Assembly: GCA_024137785.1 (NCBI GenBank)
Contig: JAHRHZ010000115.1
Location: forward strand, 1,010,293-1,074,292
Reading direction: 5' to 3'
Origin: Ginglymostoma cirratum
Taxonomy: Eukaryota
DNA length: 64,000 nucleotides
Shown: positions 1-13,699 of the stretch, piece after piece
Layout of the letters: every line of letters starts with the position of its first letter
Numbering within the stretch: the first letter of the stretch is position 1
Position numbers and translations under genes: made by a program
The notes under the pieces: generated by a model
Database searches by the model: none
Seen by the model: the letters and a program-made list of their open reading frames with translations, nothing else
Told to the model about the DNA's origin: nothing

Positions 1-339
1 AAACAATTGAAATGACAAGGCTGTGTTGTGAGTGCTGCTTGGCTTAATGAGAGTGCTTTGGAGTTGAGTGCTTTGACTCAGTTATGTGAGACAAGGAGAA
101 GGTGAAGCAGAAAGATTGAGTGTAGTGCTCGGACTCAGTTCGGGCAGTTCAGAAAGTGACATGGTCCCGATGAAACCAGCCAATTAGTAAGTGAGATCTG
201 CTGAGAATGTTCTTATAGTTTTAAAAATATATCAGCTTAGATACAGATGGGAGCTTTTAATTATGATACACCTGTTTGAAATGAAGTAAGCTCAATTAAA
301 TTCTCTTGTAAGAGAGTAACTAGCTTAATGTAGAGAGAA

Positions 340-1670
340 GTCATGACAGGAGATCTTACACCCATGGTGTGCTCCTCTTGCACAACATAGGACATGAGGG
401 ATGCCTCCAGTGTCCCTGACATTCACATGCAGGAAGTGTGTCCATCTGCAGCTACTGACTAATCATATCTTGAGTTAGAACTGTGGGTGACTCACTGGGG
501 AGCATCCATGACACTGAGAATGCCATGGACAGCACAGGTGCATTAGAATAGAAGCCCTACGGTGTGGAAACAGACCATTTGGCCCAACAAGTCTACACTG
601 GCCCTGTGAAGAGCACCCACACAGACTCAGCCCCCTACACTATCCCTGTAATGCTGTATTTCCCATGGCTAATGAACCTAACCTTCAACTCCCTTAACAC
701 TATGGATAATTTAGCTTGGCCATTCCACCTAACTTGCACATCTTTGGGCTGTGTGAAGAAACCGGAGCAACCTGGTGGAAACCCACGCAGGCGTGGGGAG
801 GACATGCAAACTCCACACAGACAGTTGACTGAGTGTGGAATCGAACCCAGGTCCCTGGTGCTGTGAGGCCACAGTGCTAACCACTGAGCCATGGTCACAC
901 CATTTTTTCAAGGTGGTCACACCACAGGTGAGAATTGCACAGGTAGAAAGGGAATGGGTGATCATCAGACAAAGTAAAAGGGTCATGAAGAAAGTGCAGG
1001 ATGTCTCCAGTGGTCATCCCCCTTCAAACAGATATACTGCTTTGGATACTGTTGGGGCTGGTCAAGGGTGACCTCTCAGGAAATCTGCAAGAGCCAAGCT
1101 CATGGCACCATGGGTGCCTGCTGCATAGAAGGCAACACAAGCAAATGACAGGGATATATTGACAGGGAATTCAAAACAGTAAGGGCTGCAGACAGATGAG
1201 AATCCAGGATGGTATGTCGCCTCCATGGTGTCAAGATGAAGGATGTCATGGAGTAGCTGCAGGACGTTCTGGAGCTGGAGGGTGAACAGGCAGTGGTTGT
1301 GTTTAACATAGGTATCAATGACATAGCTAAATAAAGGAATGAGGGCCTGAAAGCTGAATATAGGAAGATAGGAGATACATTTGAGGTCCTGTATTTTAAT
1401 GTAAAGATGTCAGACTTACTCATCTAGAATTAGAGCTAGTGAGAGCAGGAATAAGAGGATAGATCAGATGAATGTGTGGCTGGAGAAATGGTGTACCAGA
1501 GAACAGTTTAGATTGTTGAGGCATTGGGACTGTTTCTGTGGGAGTTGTACAAGCCTGACTGATTGCCCCTGAGCAGAGCTGGTACAAATCTCCTCGTTGG
1601 CCTTGCGTTAGTTTTGTTAGTCAGGTTTTAAGTTCGTATGGCAGGGGAATGGAAACCAAAGTGTAGGCTT
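340..1670 (+). mobile_element. CR1 LINE ORF1 remnant (Cys motif plus SGNH-esterase-like part), interrupted by a SINE
   Basis: CSSC...CRKC-like motif, SNRYTALDTV, MVCRLHGVK and GIND segments. Mirrored at 35050-36230. Confidence 0.7.
544..897 (-). mobile_element. tRNA-derived SINE (HE1/V-SINE-like)
   Basis: A box TGGCTCAGTGG and B box GGTTCGATTCC on the - strand, with a CR1-like (TTCTA)n tail. Confidence 0.85.
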
Positions 1671-3357
1671 ACATGGGTCAGATTCAGATCAGGAAATGGG
1701 AAGTAGGGTATTAGTTAGTGATGCAGTCAACTTCATACATCAGCCCTGACATCCCAGGAAATCAGTCTGCTGAACCTTCTTTACCCTCTTTCAAAAGCCA
1801 GAGCATCCTTCCTTGAGGAAGGAGAACAAAGGTGCATAGAATACTCCAGGTGTCAGTTCGCCAAAACTGTGACACAGAGATATCCCTGCTCCTATACTTG
1901 AATCGTCTCACAAGGAAGGCCAATGTGTCATTTGCGTTCTTCACTGCCTGCCACTCCTGCCTGCTGACTAAAAGAGTCCCAGAGAAACACAGAACAAAAT
2001 GGGGTCAGAGTCTCCGTCATAAAAATATTGAATACAATGTCCCCATCTAATCCATGCTGGTCATCAAGCACCTATTTACTCATCCCTTTCTCTTGCACTC
2101 AGTGTGTAAACTATATTGTATGATCATTTAAACATTTCTCCAAAATTGCAAGGGTTTCTGCATCTGTCACCATTTCACATGCTGCCAGACCTGAATGGCC
2201 CAAACATTTTCGGATTTCCACCATTTTGCTTAAGCACTTAGTGTCAGAGTTATACAGCATGGAAACAGACCCTTTGGTCCAATTTGTCAATACTGACAAG
2301 ATACCCTAAATAAATTTAGTCCCATTTGCCTGTAAACACTTCAGATTTATGTATGCAGATGCATTTTAAATGTTGTAATTTTCCCTGTCTCCACTATCTC
2401 CTTAGATGGCTCATTTCATACACGCACCACCGTCTGTGTGAAAAGTTTGTGACTTGGATCCATTTTAAACTTTTCGCCTCTCACCTTAGACCTATGCCCA
2501 ATAGATTTGAACTCTCCGATCCTGGGGAAAAAAGACATTGGCTATTCACCCTTTATGAACCTCTATATGGTCATTCCTCAGCCTCCCACACTCCAGAGAA
2601 AAAAATCCCCAGCCCACTCAGCCTCTTCCTTTCGTTTAACTCTCCAATCCCAGCAACAACTTTAAATCTTTTCTAAACCATTTCAAATGCATCTTTCCTA
2701 CAGCAGGGAGACCAGAACTGAACACAGTCTTTCAGAATTGGCCTAATCAATGTCTAACACAGCCACAACATGATCTCCCAGCTCCTGTACTCAATGCACT
2801 GACCAATAAATGCAAACATTCCAAATGCCTTTGTCACCAACTTGTCTACCTGCAACTCCCAATTTCGAGGAACTATGCACTTGTTCTTAACCTTTCAAAG
2901 GGATGGAAGGGTATGGAGAGAAAAAAGGAACAGGATTGAGCTGTAGATCCATAAAATGCCTCTGCTTTGTGCCTGCCTCTCCCACCTCTATCTCTTTCCG
3001 AAGTTCTGTGCAAACACTGACTGGTTCCCTTCTCTGAAAGAGATTTATGAACCATTTCAGTTTTAATGATAATCAAGCAGTTTCCCTCGGTGTCATCTCC
3101 AAAACTGACCAGATTAATTGCGCTTTGTTTCGCAATCTGTGTGTTCTTCTCGTTTTTCCTAATACATTTGTTTTCTGTTTGAAAGGTTGCTTTGCAATTG
3201 GAGATTTCAAATGAAACACGTCCAGATCTGATGGTCACATTGTTTAGCATAATCTAATTATCTCAGAATTTTGAACATTGAAGGAAAAAGCACAGTTCAC
3301 ACCAGGGAGATACACACATCATTTGTACGTGGAAGGGTTTGTGCAGATTCATCTGAA

Positions 3358-4848
3358 ATGTCCAAACATCAGCGCAGTCACCCTGGGGAGAGACTATGGA
3401 AATGTGGAGATTGTGGGAAGGGATTTCTTTACCCATGCGAGCTGAAAACTCACCAACGCAGCCACACTGGGGAGAAGCCATTCACCTGCTCAGATTGTGG
3501 AATGGCATTCAGTCGATCATCCAATCTGCGGATACACCAGCGGGTTCACACTGGGGAGAGACCTTTCACCTGCTCAGTTTGTGGGAAAGCATTTGCTCAG
3601 TCAGCCAGCCTGCTGATACACCAGCGAGTTCACACGGGGGAGAGACCATTTACCTGTTCTCAATGTGGGAAAGGATTCATTCGCTGTTCTAAACTACTGG
3701 AACACCAGCGTGTTCACAATGGAGAGAGACCATTCACCTGCTCTGATTGTGGGAAGGGATTCACTCACTCATCTAAACTGCTGGAACACCGGGTGGTTCA
3801 CACTGGAGAGAGACCATTCACCTGCTCTGCATGTGGGAAAGGATTCACTCGGTCATCCAACCTGCAGATACACCAGCGGGTTCACACTGGGGAGAGACCG
3901 TTCACCTGCTCTGCATGTGGGAAGGGATTCACTCGGTCATCCAAACTGCTGGAACACCAGCGAGTTCACACTGGGGAGAGACCGTTCGCCTGCCCAGTGT
4001 GTGGCAAAGCATTCACTCAGTCATCCAGCCTGCGGATCCACCAGCGAGTACACACTGGAGAGAGAGCATTCACCTGTTCTGAATGTGGACAAGCATTTCT
4101 TCGCTCATCTAAACTACTGGAACACCAGGGAGTTCACACAGGGAAGAAACCATTCACCTGTTCTGAATGTGGCAAAGGATTCACTCACTCATGTAGATTG
4201 CTGGAACACCAGCGAGTTCACACTGGAGAGAGACCATTCACCTGTTCTGAATGTGGAAAAGGATTCAAATGCTCATCTAATCTGCTGATACACCAGCGAA
4301 TTCACACTGGGGAGAGACCATTCACCTGCTTCGATTGTGGGAAGGGATTCACTCATTCATCCAGCCTGAACATACACCAGCGAATTCACACTGGGGAGAG
4401 ACCATTCACCTGTTCTGAATGTGGAAAAGGATTTAATCGGTCATCTAATCTGCTCAAACACCAGCGAATTCACACTGGGGAGAGACCATTCGCCTGTTCT
4501 GAATGTGGAAAAGCATTCAATTGCTCGTCTAAACTGCTGATACACCAGCGAGTACATACCGGAGAGAAACCATTCACCTGCCCTGATTGTGGGAAGGGAT
4601 TTATCCAATCATCCAACCTGCTGAGACACCAGCGAGTTCACACTGGGGAGAAACCATTCACCTGCTCCGATTGTGGAAAAGCTTTTGCTCAGTCAACAAT
4701 CCTGCTAATACACCAGCGAATTCACATGCGAGAGAAACCATTCACCTGCTCTGATTGTGGGAAGGGATTTACTCAATCATCCAACCTGCGGAGACACCAG
4801 CGAGTTCACGCTGGGGAGAAAAATTCTCTCAGTCAACTCACTGACTGA
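3358..4848 (+). CDS. C2H2 zinc-finger protein, 17 tandem fingers, no KRAB/SCAN seen
   Basis: Open frame 3271-4848 with 17 CxxC-x12-HxxxH fingers joined by TGE(K/R)PF linkers. First ATG is at 3358 (MSKHQRSH). The family start codon of MEG is ATT here. Confidence 0.92.
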   Translation: MSKHQRSHPGERLWKCGDCGKGFLYPCELKTHQRSHTGEKPFTCSDCGMAFSRSSNLRIHQRVHTGERPFTCSVCGKAFAQSASLLIHQRVHTGERPFTCSQCGKGFIRCSKLLEHQRVHNGERPFTCSDCGKGFTHSSKLLEHRVVHTGERPFTCSACGKGFTRSSNLQIHQRVHTGERPFTCSACGKGFTRSSKLLEHQRVHTGERPFACPVCGKAFTQSSSLRIHQRVHTGERAFTCSECGQAFLRSSKLLEHQGVHTGKKPFTCSECGKGFTHSCRLLEHQRVHTGERPFTCSECGKGFKCSSNLLIHQRIHTGERPFTCFDCGKGFTHSSSLNIHQRIHTGERPFTCSECGKGFNRSSNLLKHQRIHTGERPFACSECGKAFNCSSKLLIHQRVHTGEKPFTCPDCGKGFIQSSNLLRHQRVHTGEKPFTCSDCGKAFAQSTILLIHQRIHMREKPFTCSDCGKGFTQSSNLRRHQRVHAGEKNSLSQLTD

Positions 4849-5689
4849 TACACAAGCCAATTTACTCTATGGAGAGACTGTTCGCTTGTTCTGTATGTGG
4901 GAAGGGATTTCAAACTGTTAACACGCCAGTGAAATGACACTGGTGGATCCCATTAACCTGCTGTTTGTGTAAAAAGCTTTGCTGTTTGTTAACACACCAG
5001 CAAATTCACAAAAAACCACAGGTGAAGGGTTCTGCTTTTACTCACACCAAGGAAGAAACCTTGGTCATTGGGCTGTTTGTGTTGATGTTATTAAGTCATC
5101 TTATTAAAGGTGCTGCTACTGAGGATAAAACGTTGATACAATTGTGTATCAGTAGGATAGGTTTTGAAAATAATCACAATGTGGCTGTACGTTGACACAT
5201 CTACACTGGGTAAAGATTGTCCACCTGCATATTTTTTGTAAAGTGATTTTGTGGTGCGTCAGGACTGGTGAAACAGTAATTTTCCTAGTAACTGACAGTG
5301 TTGGATTTTGACACTTGTTATCTGTATCCAAATTAGGCTTTCTAGCCCTATTTCTGATGATGTTTGTAAACAGGTTAGTCACCTACTTGGAATAAAATTA
5401 ATACAAATCAGCTTTTTGTTAAAACTAAATTGCATCAAGTCAATTTCTTATCTCTAAAGCCCTCAGAATGAGACAATCAGAACACATCACAAGCAGTTGG
5501 GAGTTGGAACATCCAGAGAGAGGAAAATCTTGAAATGGTGGAAATGCTGTTGGGGCATTGGCAAAGGGATGATATCCAGAGAGAATGTGCAAAAGAGTAA
5601 GAAGAAAAGAGAAGAATCAACGAGTGAGTCAGGAAGACGTCAATATTATAGGCCAGTTCAGGTGCAAGGGAGTTTAACATGGTTGCATG

Positions 5690-6910
5690 GCATTGATTTA
5701 ATGCTGTGAGTTTGATCAACAAGGCAGATGAGTTGAGGATACAAATTAGAACATAGGGGTTGATGACATTGCTGTCACTGAGATATGGTTGAGAGAGAGG
5801 CAGGATTGGAAGCTAAATACTCCAGGATACATGGTCTTCATGCGAGACAGCGAAGATGGCAAAATAAGAGATGTCTCAATGTTTTGGAAATTTATTACAG
5901 CTGTAAGGAGAGATGACATCTTAGAAAACTCCTTCAATAAACCAGTATGGGTAGAACAAGTAGAGCTGGTAAGGAGGCAAATTTCAGGGAAGTGTAAAAG
6001 TAATAGGGTTGTGCTAATTGGGATTTCAATTTCTTCAGCATTAACTGTCGTTGTCATAGTGTGAAAGGTTTAGAGGAATGTTTAAAATAGATTCAGGACA
6101 GCTCTTGAAACCAGTATGCATAAACCTAACAAGGAAAGGGGAGGTCTTGGACTTAACCTTAGATCATTAAGGGCAGACAAGTGGTTGAAGTATCAGTGGG
6201 GGAGGATTTTGCAGACAGTTATCATGACTCTTAACCAGATTCAGGACTGTTATGGAAAAGGACAAGGATGAGCCTCAAAATCAAAGTTCTAAATTGGTTG
6301 ATTTTAATAAGACCAGATATGGTTTGGCCAGAGGGTGCAGGGAGCAGATACTTCCTGGTAAATGTGCAAGAGTGAAATTAAATGAGGAGATAAGGAGCGC
6401 TATAAGGGGAACATGAAATTATACAGCCAGGGTAAAATAAGGGAAAATGCTCAGTTGGTTAAAGGGTAACAGGGGAAAGAGTAAGGCTTATTAAATTCAT
6501 TCAGATACTTCTCCCTAATTTGTCTCTCTTACCAATGAACACTGACTCAAAATATTCATTTAGAACCAGGCCTGCATCCACTGATTCCACACAGATTACT
6601 GCTGTGGTCCTTAAAGAAATTAGCATAGAGAGAGAGAAGGTTTTGGATCATCTGGCAGGCTTAAATGTAGACAGACCTCCAGAGTCAGGTGAAATGTATC
6701 CTGCAGTGTTGGGATGTAACAATAGCGGGGGCACTTGCAAACATTTTCAATTCCCGTCTGACCACAGGAAAGGTGCTAGAGATTGAAGGACACTCGAAGT
6801 AGACCTTTTATTCAAGAAGAGAGCAAGGGATAAATCAAGAAACTGCAAGCTAGTCAGTCTCTCCATTGTGGTGGGGAATCAATTGAAATTAATTCTGAGG
6901 AACAGAATTA
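5690..6910 (+). mobile_element. Degraded CR1 ORF2 (endonuclease to RT N-terminus)
   Basis: VTEIWL and WKLNTPGY endonuclease-like motifs plus an RT-entry motif (LVSL..VVG). Mirrored at 29880-30900. Confidence 0.7.
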
Positions 6911-8049
6911 ATTTAGAAGCTGTCTGTTTGGGAACTTATGGTATAACTGTGCAGTTAGCAACTTTTGGGTGAAATTGTCTTTCAGCCAAAATCCCCATTG
7001 ACAATCCAGGACTAAGTCACAGTGTATGCTGATGGGAAAAAGAAATAGGCTTCCTTCCCTGGCTGGTCTATCAACTGCTAATCTTTTGGTTAACAGCCAA
7101 ACGCAATGACCAGTTATCCTGTCCAAATATGTTGCTTCTCACTGATCTAGGTTGAATTTGGTTTACCGCTGATCAGCCCATATGACCAACCTGTCTATAT
7201 CCTCTTGTAAACTAAGACTATCCTCACTATTTATCATTCATTACTTTTATATCATTTTCAAAATAACTGATCAACCATTCTACATTCAAGTCTAAAGTAT
7301 TTTTTATAACCTATAAAAAAAAAGGGCTCAACACTGACCACTATGGTCCCCCATTGGACACAGACTTCCAATTGGAAAAATGTTAACTCTGACTTTACTT
7401 CACGGATGCTGCCAGACCTGCTGAGCTTTTCCAGCAACTTCTGTTTTTGTTCCAACATTTCTAGAGTATGCTCCATCCCTGGATTTACTTTCACTCCTTT
7501 CAGTTGCTCCACGTGAACAGCATTCCTCCTCCCTCCCTCCCAGCATGAGAAAAGAAATGGAAAGGGAGAGACATTGCTTTGCTCCCAGATGTTGCACAGA
7601 GGAGGGAGTTTCACTCTGAAGCAAAATAGATGACTTCTTCATTGTGACATTCACAATGGGGGAACGGGGCTTACCTGAAGCAGCCAATAGGAATCGGGAA
7701 GCTCATCAGCCAGGCACGCGGAAAGGGGAGCCTGTCTCCACGACCTCTCCCCCCCCCCACCTCACCATCCCCCAAGCTAAGATTTCCAGGGCAACCAGCT
7801 GCTGGCTCATGCCAAAGCAAGAAGCCACTCAGGGCTGCCCTCCCCTTCTCTCTGGCAGTTGTTGCTCCAAAAAAAGACAGATTGAGCCTGACTGCTGGCA
7901 GCAGCTGCACTTCGCCTGCTCCAGACAGCAGGCCCGCACTGCCCCTGCTCCACACAGTGGGGCCACACTGTGGTTGTGCTGTCCTCCAGCTGTAGGATTG
8001 GGAGGGGGAGAACTGTTTAGAAAACCTCTTCCTTTCATTTCCTCCAGGC

Positions 8050-8590
8050 TCTACAACAAAGAACAAAACAGCACAGGAACAGCCCCTTTGGCCCTCCATG
8101 CCTGTGCTGACACATTTTTCCCTTCCATTCTAAAACTGACTTTCACTTACAGGAGCCACATCCCTCTATTCCCTTCTTATTCATGTATTCATTCAGGCAC
8201 TTTTTGAATGCTACTATTGTGTCTGCTTCCACCACATCCTCTGGCAGCATGCTCCAGGCACTCACCAAACTTTGTGTGAAAAACCTGCCTCGCACATCTC
8301 TTTTAAACTTCCCCCCTCACACTTTCAACCTGAATCCCCTAGTAATTGACCCCTCCACCTTGGGAAAAAGCATCATACTTTTCACGCTATCCATGCCATT
8401 CACAATCTTATGAACTTCTATCAGGTTGCCCCTCAACCTCCTGTATTCCAGTGAAAGCAAACCCAGTATTCATCTTTCTTCATTGCTAAAATCCCCCATA
8501 CCAGGCAACATCCTGGTAAATCTTTTCTGTACCCTCTCCAAGGCATCCACATCCTTCTGGTTGTGTGGTGACCAGAATTGTATGCAATAT
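8050..8590 (-). mobile_element. CR1 3-prime fragment specific to the left arm
   Basis: YCIQFWSP and FTRMLPG motifs plus 3-prime UTR. Absent at the homologous position ~26080. Confidence 0.75.
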
Positions 8591-9133
8591 AGTACAGGCT
8601 TTGTGAATTTTCTTTAGAAAGAAGAACCAAACCAAGTACAGAAGGTGAATAGGTTCAGTCCTTGTCTGGGAAAGACTGAGATTTGTCTGTTCTGTCTCTG
8701 GGGAAAGAGATGGAGTACTTGGAAGTAGAGAGGGAAGGACATGGAGGAATTTGGAAACAAAAATGGGAATTTTTAAATTGAGGCTGAACAAGGGACTTTA
8801 CATTTCTTTTAGTATATTTATTCATGGAATGTAGGCAATGCTGCCTAGATCAGCAGTTGTTGCCTGTCTCAGGTGCTCTGGAGAAAGTGCTGCCATTGAC
8901 CATGTCAGTGATCTTTGACTGCCCAGTTTGAGGGAGACTGGACGAGTCGGAGGTTCTTCTCCTGGAGCTACAGTTTGTCAGTCTAGGACGGGTGAAATCA
9001 TGTTTGACAAATCTACTGAAGTTTATTTGAAGATGTAACGAGTAGAACCAGTGAATGGGATCATTTAGATTTTCAGAAAACTTTTGGTAAAGTCCCACTT
9101 AAGAGGTTAGTGTGTAAAATCAGAGTACACAGC

Positions 9134-9963
9134 TGTTAGGGCTGCCCCATGACAGTACAGCAAAAACATGGCTGACGACAGCCCCATCAAGCTTTGTAGT
9201 GCAAGTTTAACAGAAATTATAAAGTGTGAGAAGCACTTGTTTAATGTGTGTTCTCAACACAAAAGGTCAAAGGCATTCTATTCTTCAATAAGATTAAATG
9301 TGCAACATTTTTTGCTACTTTAAAGATATAAAATTCCATACCAATTTGTCATTTCTTTTAAGACTTCTTTTCTAATCAACCAGTTCTCATACTACAAGTT
9401 GGTTTTAATTAAGATTCTTCAAGATAATCATAGATCTCGAAGTGTTATAGAAAGATATATATTAATCACTAAAATTCTAGAAAGAGAGGTTTAAAACTAA
9501 TTACAAGGGGTCTTCCTTATCTGTCCTAGTTGAGACGTAAAAAGTCACAAGCCACTACGGAAAGTGAGTTTCCCACAGACTAAAGGGAGCCCATTTGGAT
9601 CAGAGTGACAAGACTGCTAACTGAATGATGTACTGGGAATCCAATCATAGTTGCACAACATAGCATTAACTAACCAATAGTATACATGGGGAGGGAGCCA
9701 TGTATACAAGAAACCATGTTACAAGAAAAATGTGTAAAAGGCATTTTGTTTGAAGTTGAAATTAGAGCATCATTGACTTTTCTTCTGATCTGAGCTGCAG
9801 ATTAGGAGGGTAGTTGAACCTTTGCATTGAGGCCAGATTCAAGGGAAGTCTTTGGCCTCTCCTTATATTGCACCGGTCAATATAGGAATAAAAAATACCA
9901 CGTGCCTCAAGCTCTGTTATCTCCTGAAAAATTATGATCTCCATAAGACTTACTCCTGCAACA
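9134..9963 (+). mobile_element. Probable solo LTR inserted in a CR1 RT fragment
   Basis: TGTT...AACA termini, CCAAT at 9641 and 9675, TATA-like at ~9733, AATAAA at ~9887. CR1 sequence resumes on both sides. No clear TSD. Confidence 0.5.
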
Positions 9964-12125
9964 GGATTGTTGGGAATGTATTGCTGTGGATTGAGAATTG
10001 GTTAGCAGACAGGAAGCAGAGAACAGAAATAAATGATCTTTTTCAGAGGATAATTCTTTGACAAATAGGGCACCACAAGGATTAATGTCCTTGGATCCCA
10101 GCTATTCAAAGTATACATCAATGATTTGGATGAGGGAATCCAATGTAATATTTCCAAGTTTGTTGACACAAAGCTCGGGGGATTGTGAGTGAGCGGGACA
10201 TAAAGTGGCTTAGGGTGATTCAAATAATTTAAATGAGTGGCAAATGCATGGCAGGTGCAGTATCAGTGTGAAGTTATCCACTTTGGTGGAAAATTCAGAA
10301 TGGCAAAGTGTTATTTAAATAGTGGTAATTTGGAAATGTTAATGTGCAAAGGAACCTTGTTATGCTCGTACACCAGTCATTAAAAGCAAGCATGTAGGTG
10401 CAGCAAGCAGTTAGAAAGGCATTGCAAGAGGGTTCGAGTAAAGGAGCAAGGAGGTCTTACAGCAGCTATGAAGGGTTTTGTGAAGCCACAAATGGAGTCT
10501 GTGTGCAAGTCTGGTCTCCTTCAAAAAGAAACATTATTCTTGCTGCAGGCAAACAGCAATCTCTTGTATTGGTGAAGTCCACAGTGAGGGACAAATGTTA
10601 GCCCTGTTTGTGAATCAGGAGGAAGCTCTAGCTGCTTTGTCCTTGTTTTGAGTCAGATTTGGAGAAGATGTCACTTGATGACAACTCCAAAAAGATTTGT
10701 CCACAGTGGGAAGTGGGCAATGTTCCCTAACTCCTGCTTTATTCCTCTTTCATACAGCAATGTAGACTCAGATGGGATTGTTTGGACACTCCCACTGCAG
10801 AGCTCACAAAAGAAAAGGATGTTGTGGATGTAATAATCCAAGAGGAGTAATGTGAAATATTAGTCAAAATAAATAATAATGAGAGCGGAAGTGTCAGAGG
10901 AGCTGGAATCATTGAAAGTGGATAAGTCACTAGGGTCAGATGAATTGTTCCCTTGGATGCTGAAAGAGGTCAGGGGGGAAATAACAGACGCTGTGAGGAT
11001 TATTTTCCTATCTTCACTAGACTAGAGGCCTGTGACCCGCAGTGTGACACAAGGATCGGTGCTGGGTCCACTGTTTTTTATCACTAATATAAATGATTTG
11101 GATGTGAACATTGGAGGTATCATTAGTAAGTTTGCAGATGACACCAAAATTGGTCATTTAGTAGACAATGAAGAAAGTTTACCTCACAGTCCAATGGGAT
11201 TTGATCAGATGGGTAAGTGAGCCAAAAAGTGGCAGATGGAGTTTAATTTAGACAAATGTGAGGTGCTGCATTTTGTAAAGGCAGATCAGGGCATGACCCA
11301 TACAATTAATGTTAAGGACCTAAGGAGAATTGCTGAACAAAGAGACCTTTGAAAAACTACCAGAGGATTGGAAAACGGCCAATATGACACCGATGTTCAA
11401 AAAGGGAGAGAGGCAAAAAGCATGTTAGTATAAGCTGATTATCCTAGCATCTACAGTTGGACATGTATTGGAATCAATTAAGGAGGTAATGATAGCCCAT
11501 TTGGAAAATCGTAATTTAATCAAGCAGAGACAGGGGGTTGGAGTTTTAGAGTAGGGGAGTGTTACTGCAACTATACAAGGTGCTGGTGAGATTACATCTG
11601 GAGTACAGTGAGCAATTTGGTCCCCTTATTAAAGGATCAATATCATTTTAGACAGTTCAAAGAAGCACTAAGATGATCTTTGGCATCTGGCAGTCTTATG
11701 AGTAAACGCTACCCAGGTTGAGACTCTACTCACTGGAGTTCAGGAGAATGGGAGGTCTCATTAAAATATACAGCATTCTTAAGGCGAAATACTGATAGGA
11801 TATTTCCCTCTATGGGAAAGTCGAGGGATGGCATTGTCACAGAACAAAGGGGCCAATTTCAGACTGAGGTAAGGACGGATTTCCTCGCTGAGACGGTTGT
11901 GAGTCTTTGCAACTCCTTACCATAGAGAGTTATGGGGGCAGAGTCCTGGTGTATATTTAAGGCTGTGACAGTTAAATTCTTGGTCAGTAAGGGAATCAAA
12001 GGTTTTGGGGAAACAGCAGGAAAGTGGACGTGAGGAATGTTAGATCAGCGATGATTCTATTGAACAGCAGAGCAGGGTCTTGGGGACAAATGGCTACTCC
12101 TGTCGCTATTTATTTCCTCTTATGA
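9964..12125 (+). mobile_element. Patchwork of degraded CR1 RT and 3-prime fragments
   Basis: QGSVLGPL and KFADDTK (11032-11220) motifs plus a CR1 3-prime UTR. Confidence 0.75.
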
Positions 12126-12972
12126 TGTTGGCGGGTGTTAAAAATTGAAAGGTGCCCATCCACAGCCTGTGGCACTATTCACTACATGTCCATGTCTGAC
12201 ACACTTGAAGCCGTTATTGGATGAACAAGTTCCCTGTGTGTGAACTAAAACCTACCACTATTCATTGCCCCCACTCCTGTCACCTGGGTTTGGCCCACAT
12301 CAGGGTATGTTGTTTATTGTTACTTTGTGAACTGCAAGAATTCATTGATCCTGGAGTTTATTTCCTCTGTTCCACAAACACTAATGCTTCTCCTCTTCCT
12401 TTATTCTCACTCCTTCATTCCCAATTAGTTCAGAATAACAAGGAGAGGCAGGATAAACTGCAGAGTGACCAGGGAATGTTATGGGAGTGGCACAGACAGG
12501 ATAAGATGATCACCCTCTTTCTCTGCTATGAGCATTCATTCATTTTACACACATTTCCTGTTTCTCCCAGAGACTGATTGCAGGAGTGTGCTCGTTGCCA
12601 GTCATCCCCAGTCAGAATGTTGCAATGGATAACATGCCTGGCAGACAGATCAGGGGAGTGTCATTTCAATTCCTTCCTGGCTCGGGTCCATTTTGCAAAC
12701 ATTGTGCTCTCACTTCACAAACTGAACCAACAGCAGCAGAGAAAAAGGCCCTTCAGTCCATCGAGGTCAAAGAGAAGAGCTTGACTATTCTAATCCCATT
12801 TTCCAGCACTTGGTCCATAGCCTTGTAGAAGCTGGACTCGTAAGTGCACGTCTACTTCTTAATTGTAATGAGGGTTTCTGCCACACTGACAGGTAAAAGT
12901 ATTTTTCTTTGTATTGCCTCTAAGCTGTCTGCAATAGAGTTACTAACTGTGAGAAAGAAGGAGCTCCCTTGT

Positions 12973-13054
12973 CATAGTATGCTGGATTTGAACCTGCACA
13001 GGGAAACCCCAATGGATTTCAAATCTATCGCCCTAACTGCACTCCCTCAAGTAC
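12973..13054 (-). pseudogene. tRNA-Ser(TGA) pseudogene
   Basis: Matches the vertebrate tRNA-Ser anticodon, variable and T arms (TTGAAATCCATTGGGGTTTCCC...CAGGTTC). Shows CpG decay and a broken acceptor stem. Confidence 0.8.
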
Positions 13055-13699
13055 AAAAGCATGCCACTGGCCTGCTTTCCTTGGGTTTTTTCCACGTGGA
13101 GCTAAGAAAGATTGAATCCAGTTCTGAGGATGTGTCACTTAACGCAAAACCTTAACTCTGATTACTTCCAGAAGATGCTGCCAAAGCTGCTGAAGTTTTC
13201 CAGCAATTTCAAATTTTTGTTTCTGATTTACAGCATCTGCAGTTCTTTCGGGTTTTTATTTAAGAGTGAATTATTGATGAGTTTTTTTTGAATCCAATCA
13301 CTTCATCGATTTCTAAAGGATTAAACATTGGTCCATGGTGGGTCTGGTTGTTTCATTCCGATATTTGACATGATCAGTCATTTAAAAAATAACCATAAAT
13401 TGTTGGAGAAACTCAGCAGGTCTTGCCACATCTGTGGAAAGAGTAACAGAGTCAATGGTTCACGCCTTGATCAAAACTCTGCATTCTCTCTCTACAGGTG
13501 CTGCAAGACCTGCTGAGTTTCTGCAGAAATTTCTATTTTTGTTTCAGAGTTTCAGCATCCACAGTTCTTTAAGTTAGTCATTAAACAATATGGAAACACC
13601 TTTGTGGTCACACACTGGAAAATGATTGCTGTTTGGGGAACATTTTCCTGGTCCTATTAAGAACCCAGAACTGTGCAGCAAATAAAGCTGATGGAGTGA

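Larger units (their letters stand above)
1..9000. repeat. Left arm of inverted segmental duplication
   Basis: Reverse-complement matches: 1-70 to 36495-36560, SINE 544-897 to 35655-36003, 7480-7620 to 27138-27300, 7990-8048 to 26088-26145, 8590-9000 to 25650-26075. Confidence 0.9.

Noticed and set aside
3396-4288. Alternative-frame ORFs over ZNF arrays (3396-3692, 3665-4288, 31881-32471 and others)
   Set aside because: Shadow frames of the 84-bp finger repeat, not separate genes.
7644-8207. 187-aa and 142-aa overlapping ORFs in a GC-rich patch
   Set aside because: No recognisable domain, and they run into a CR1 tail.
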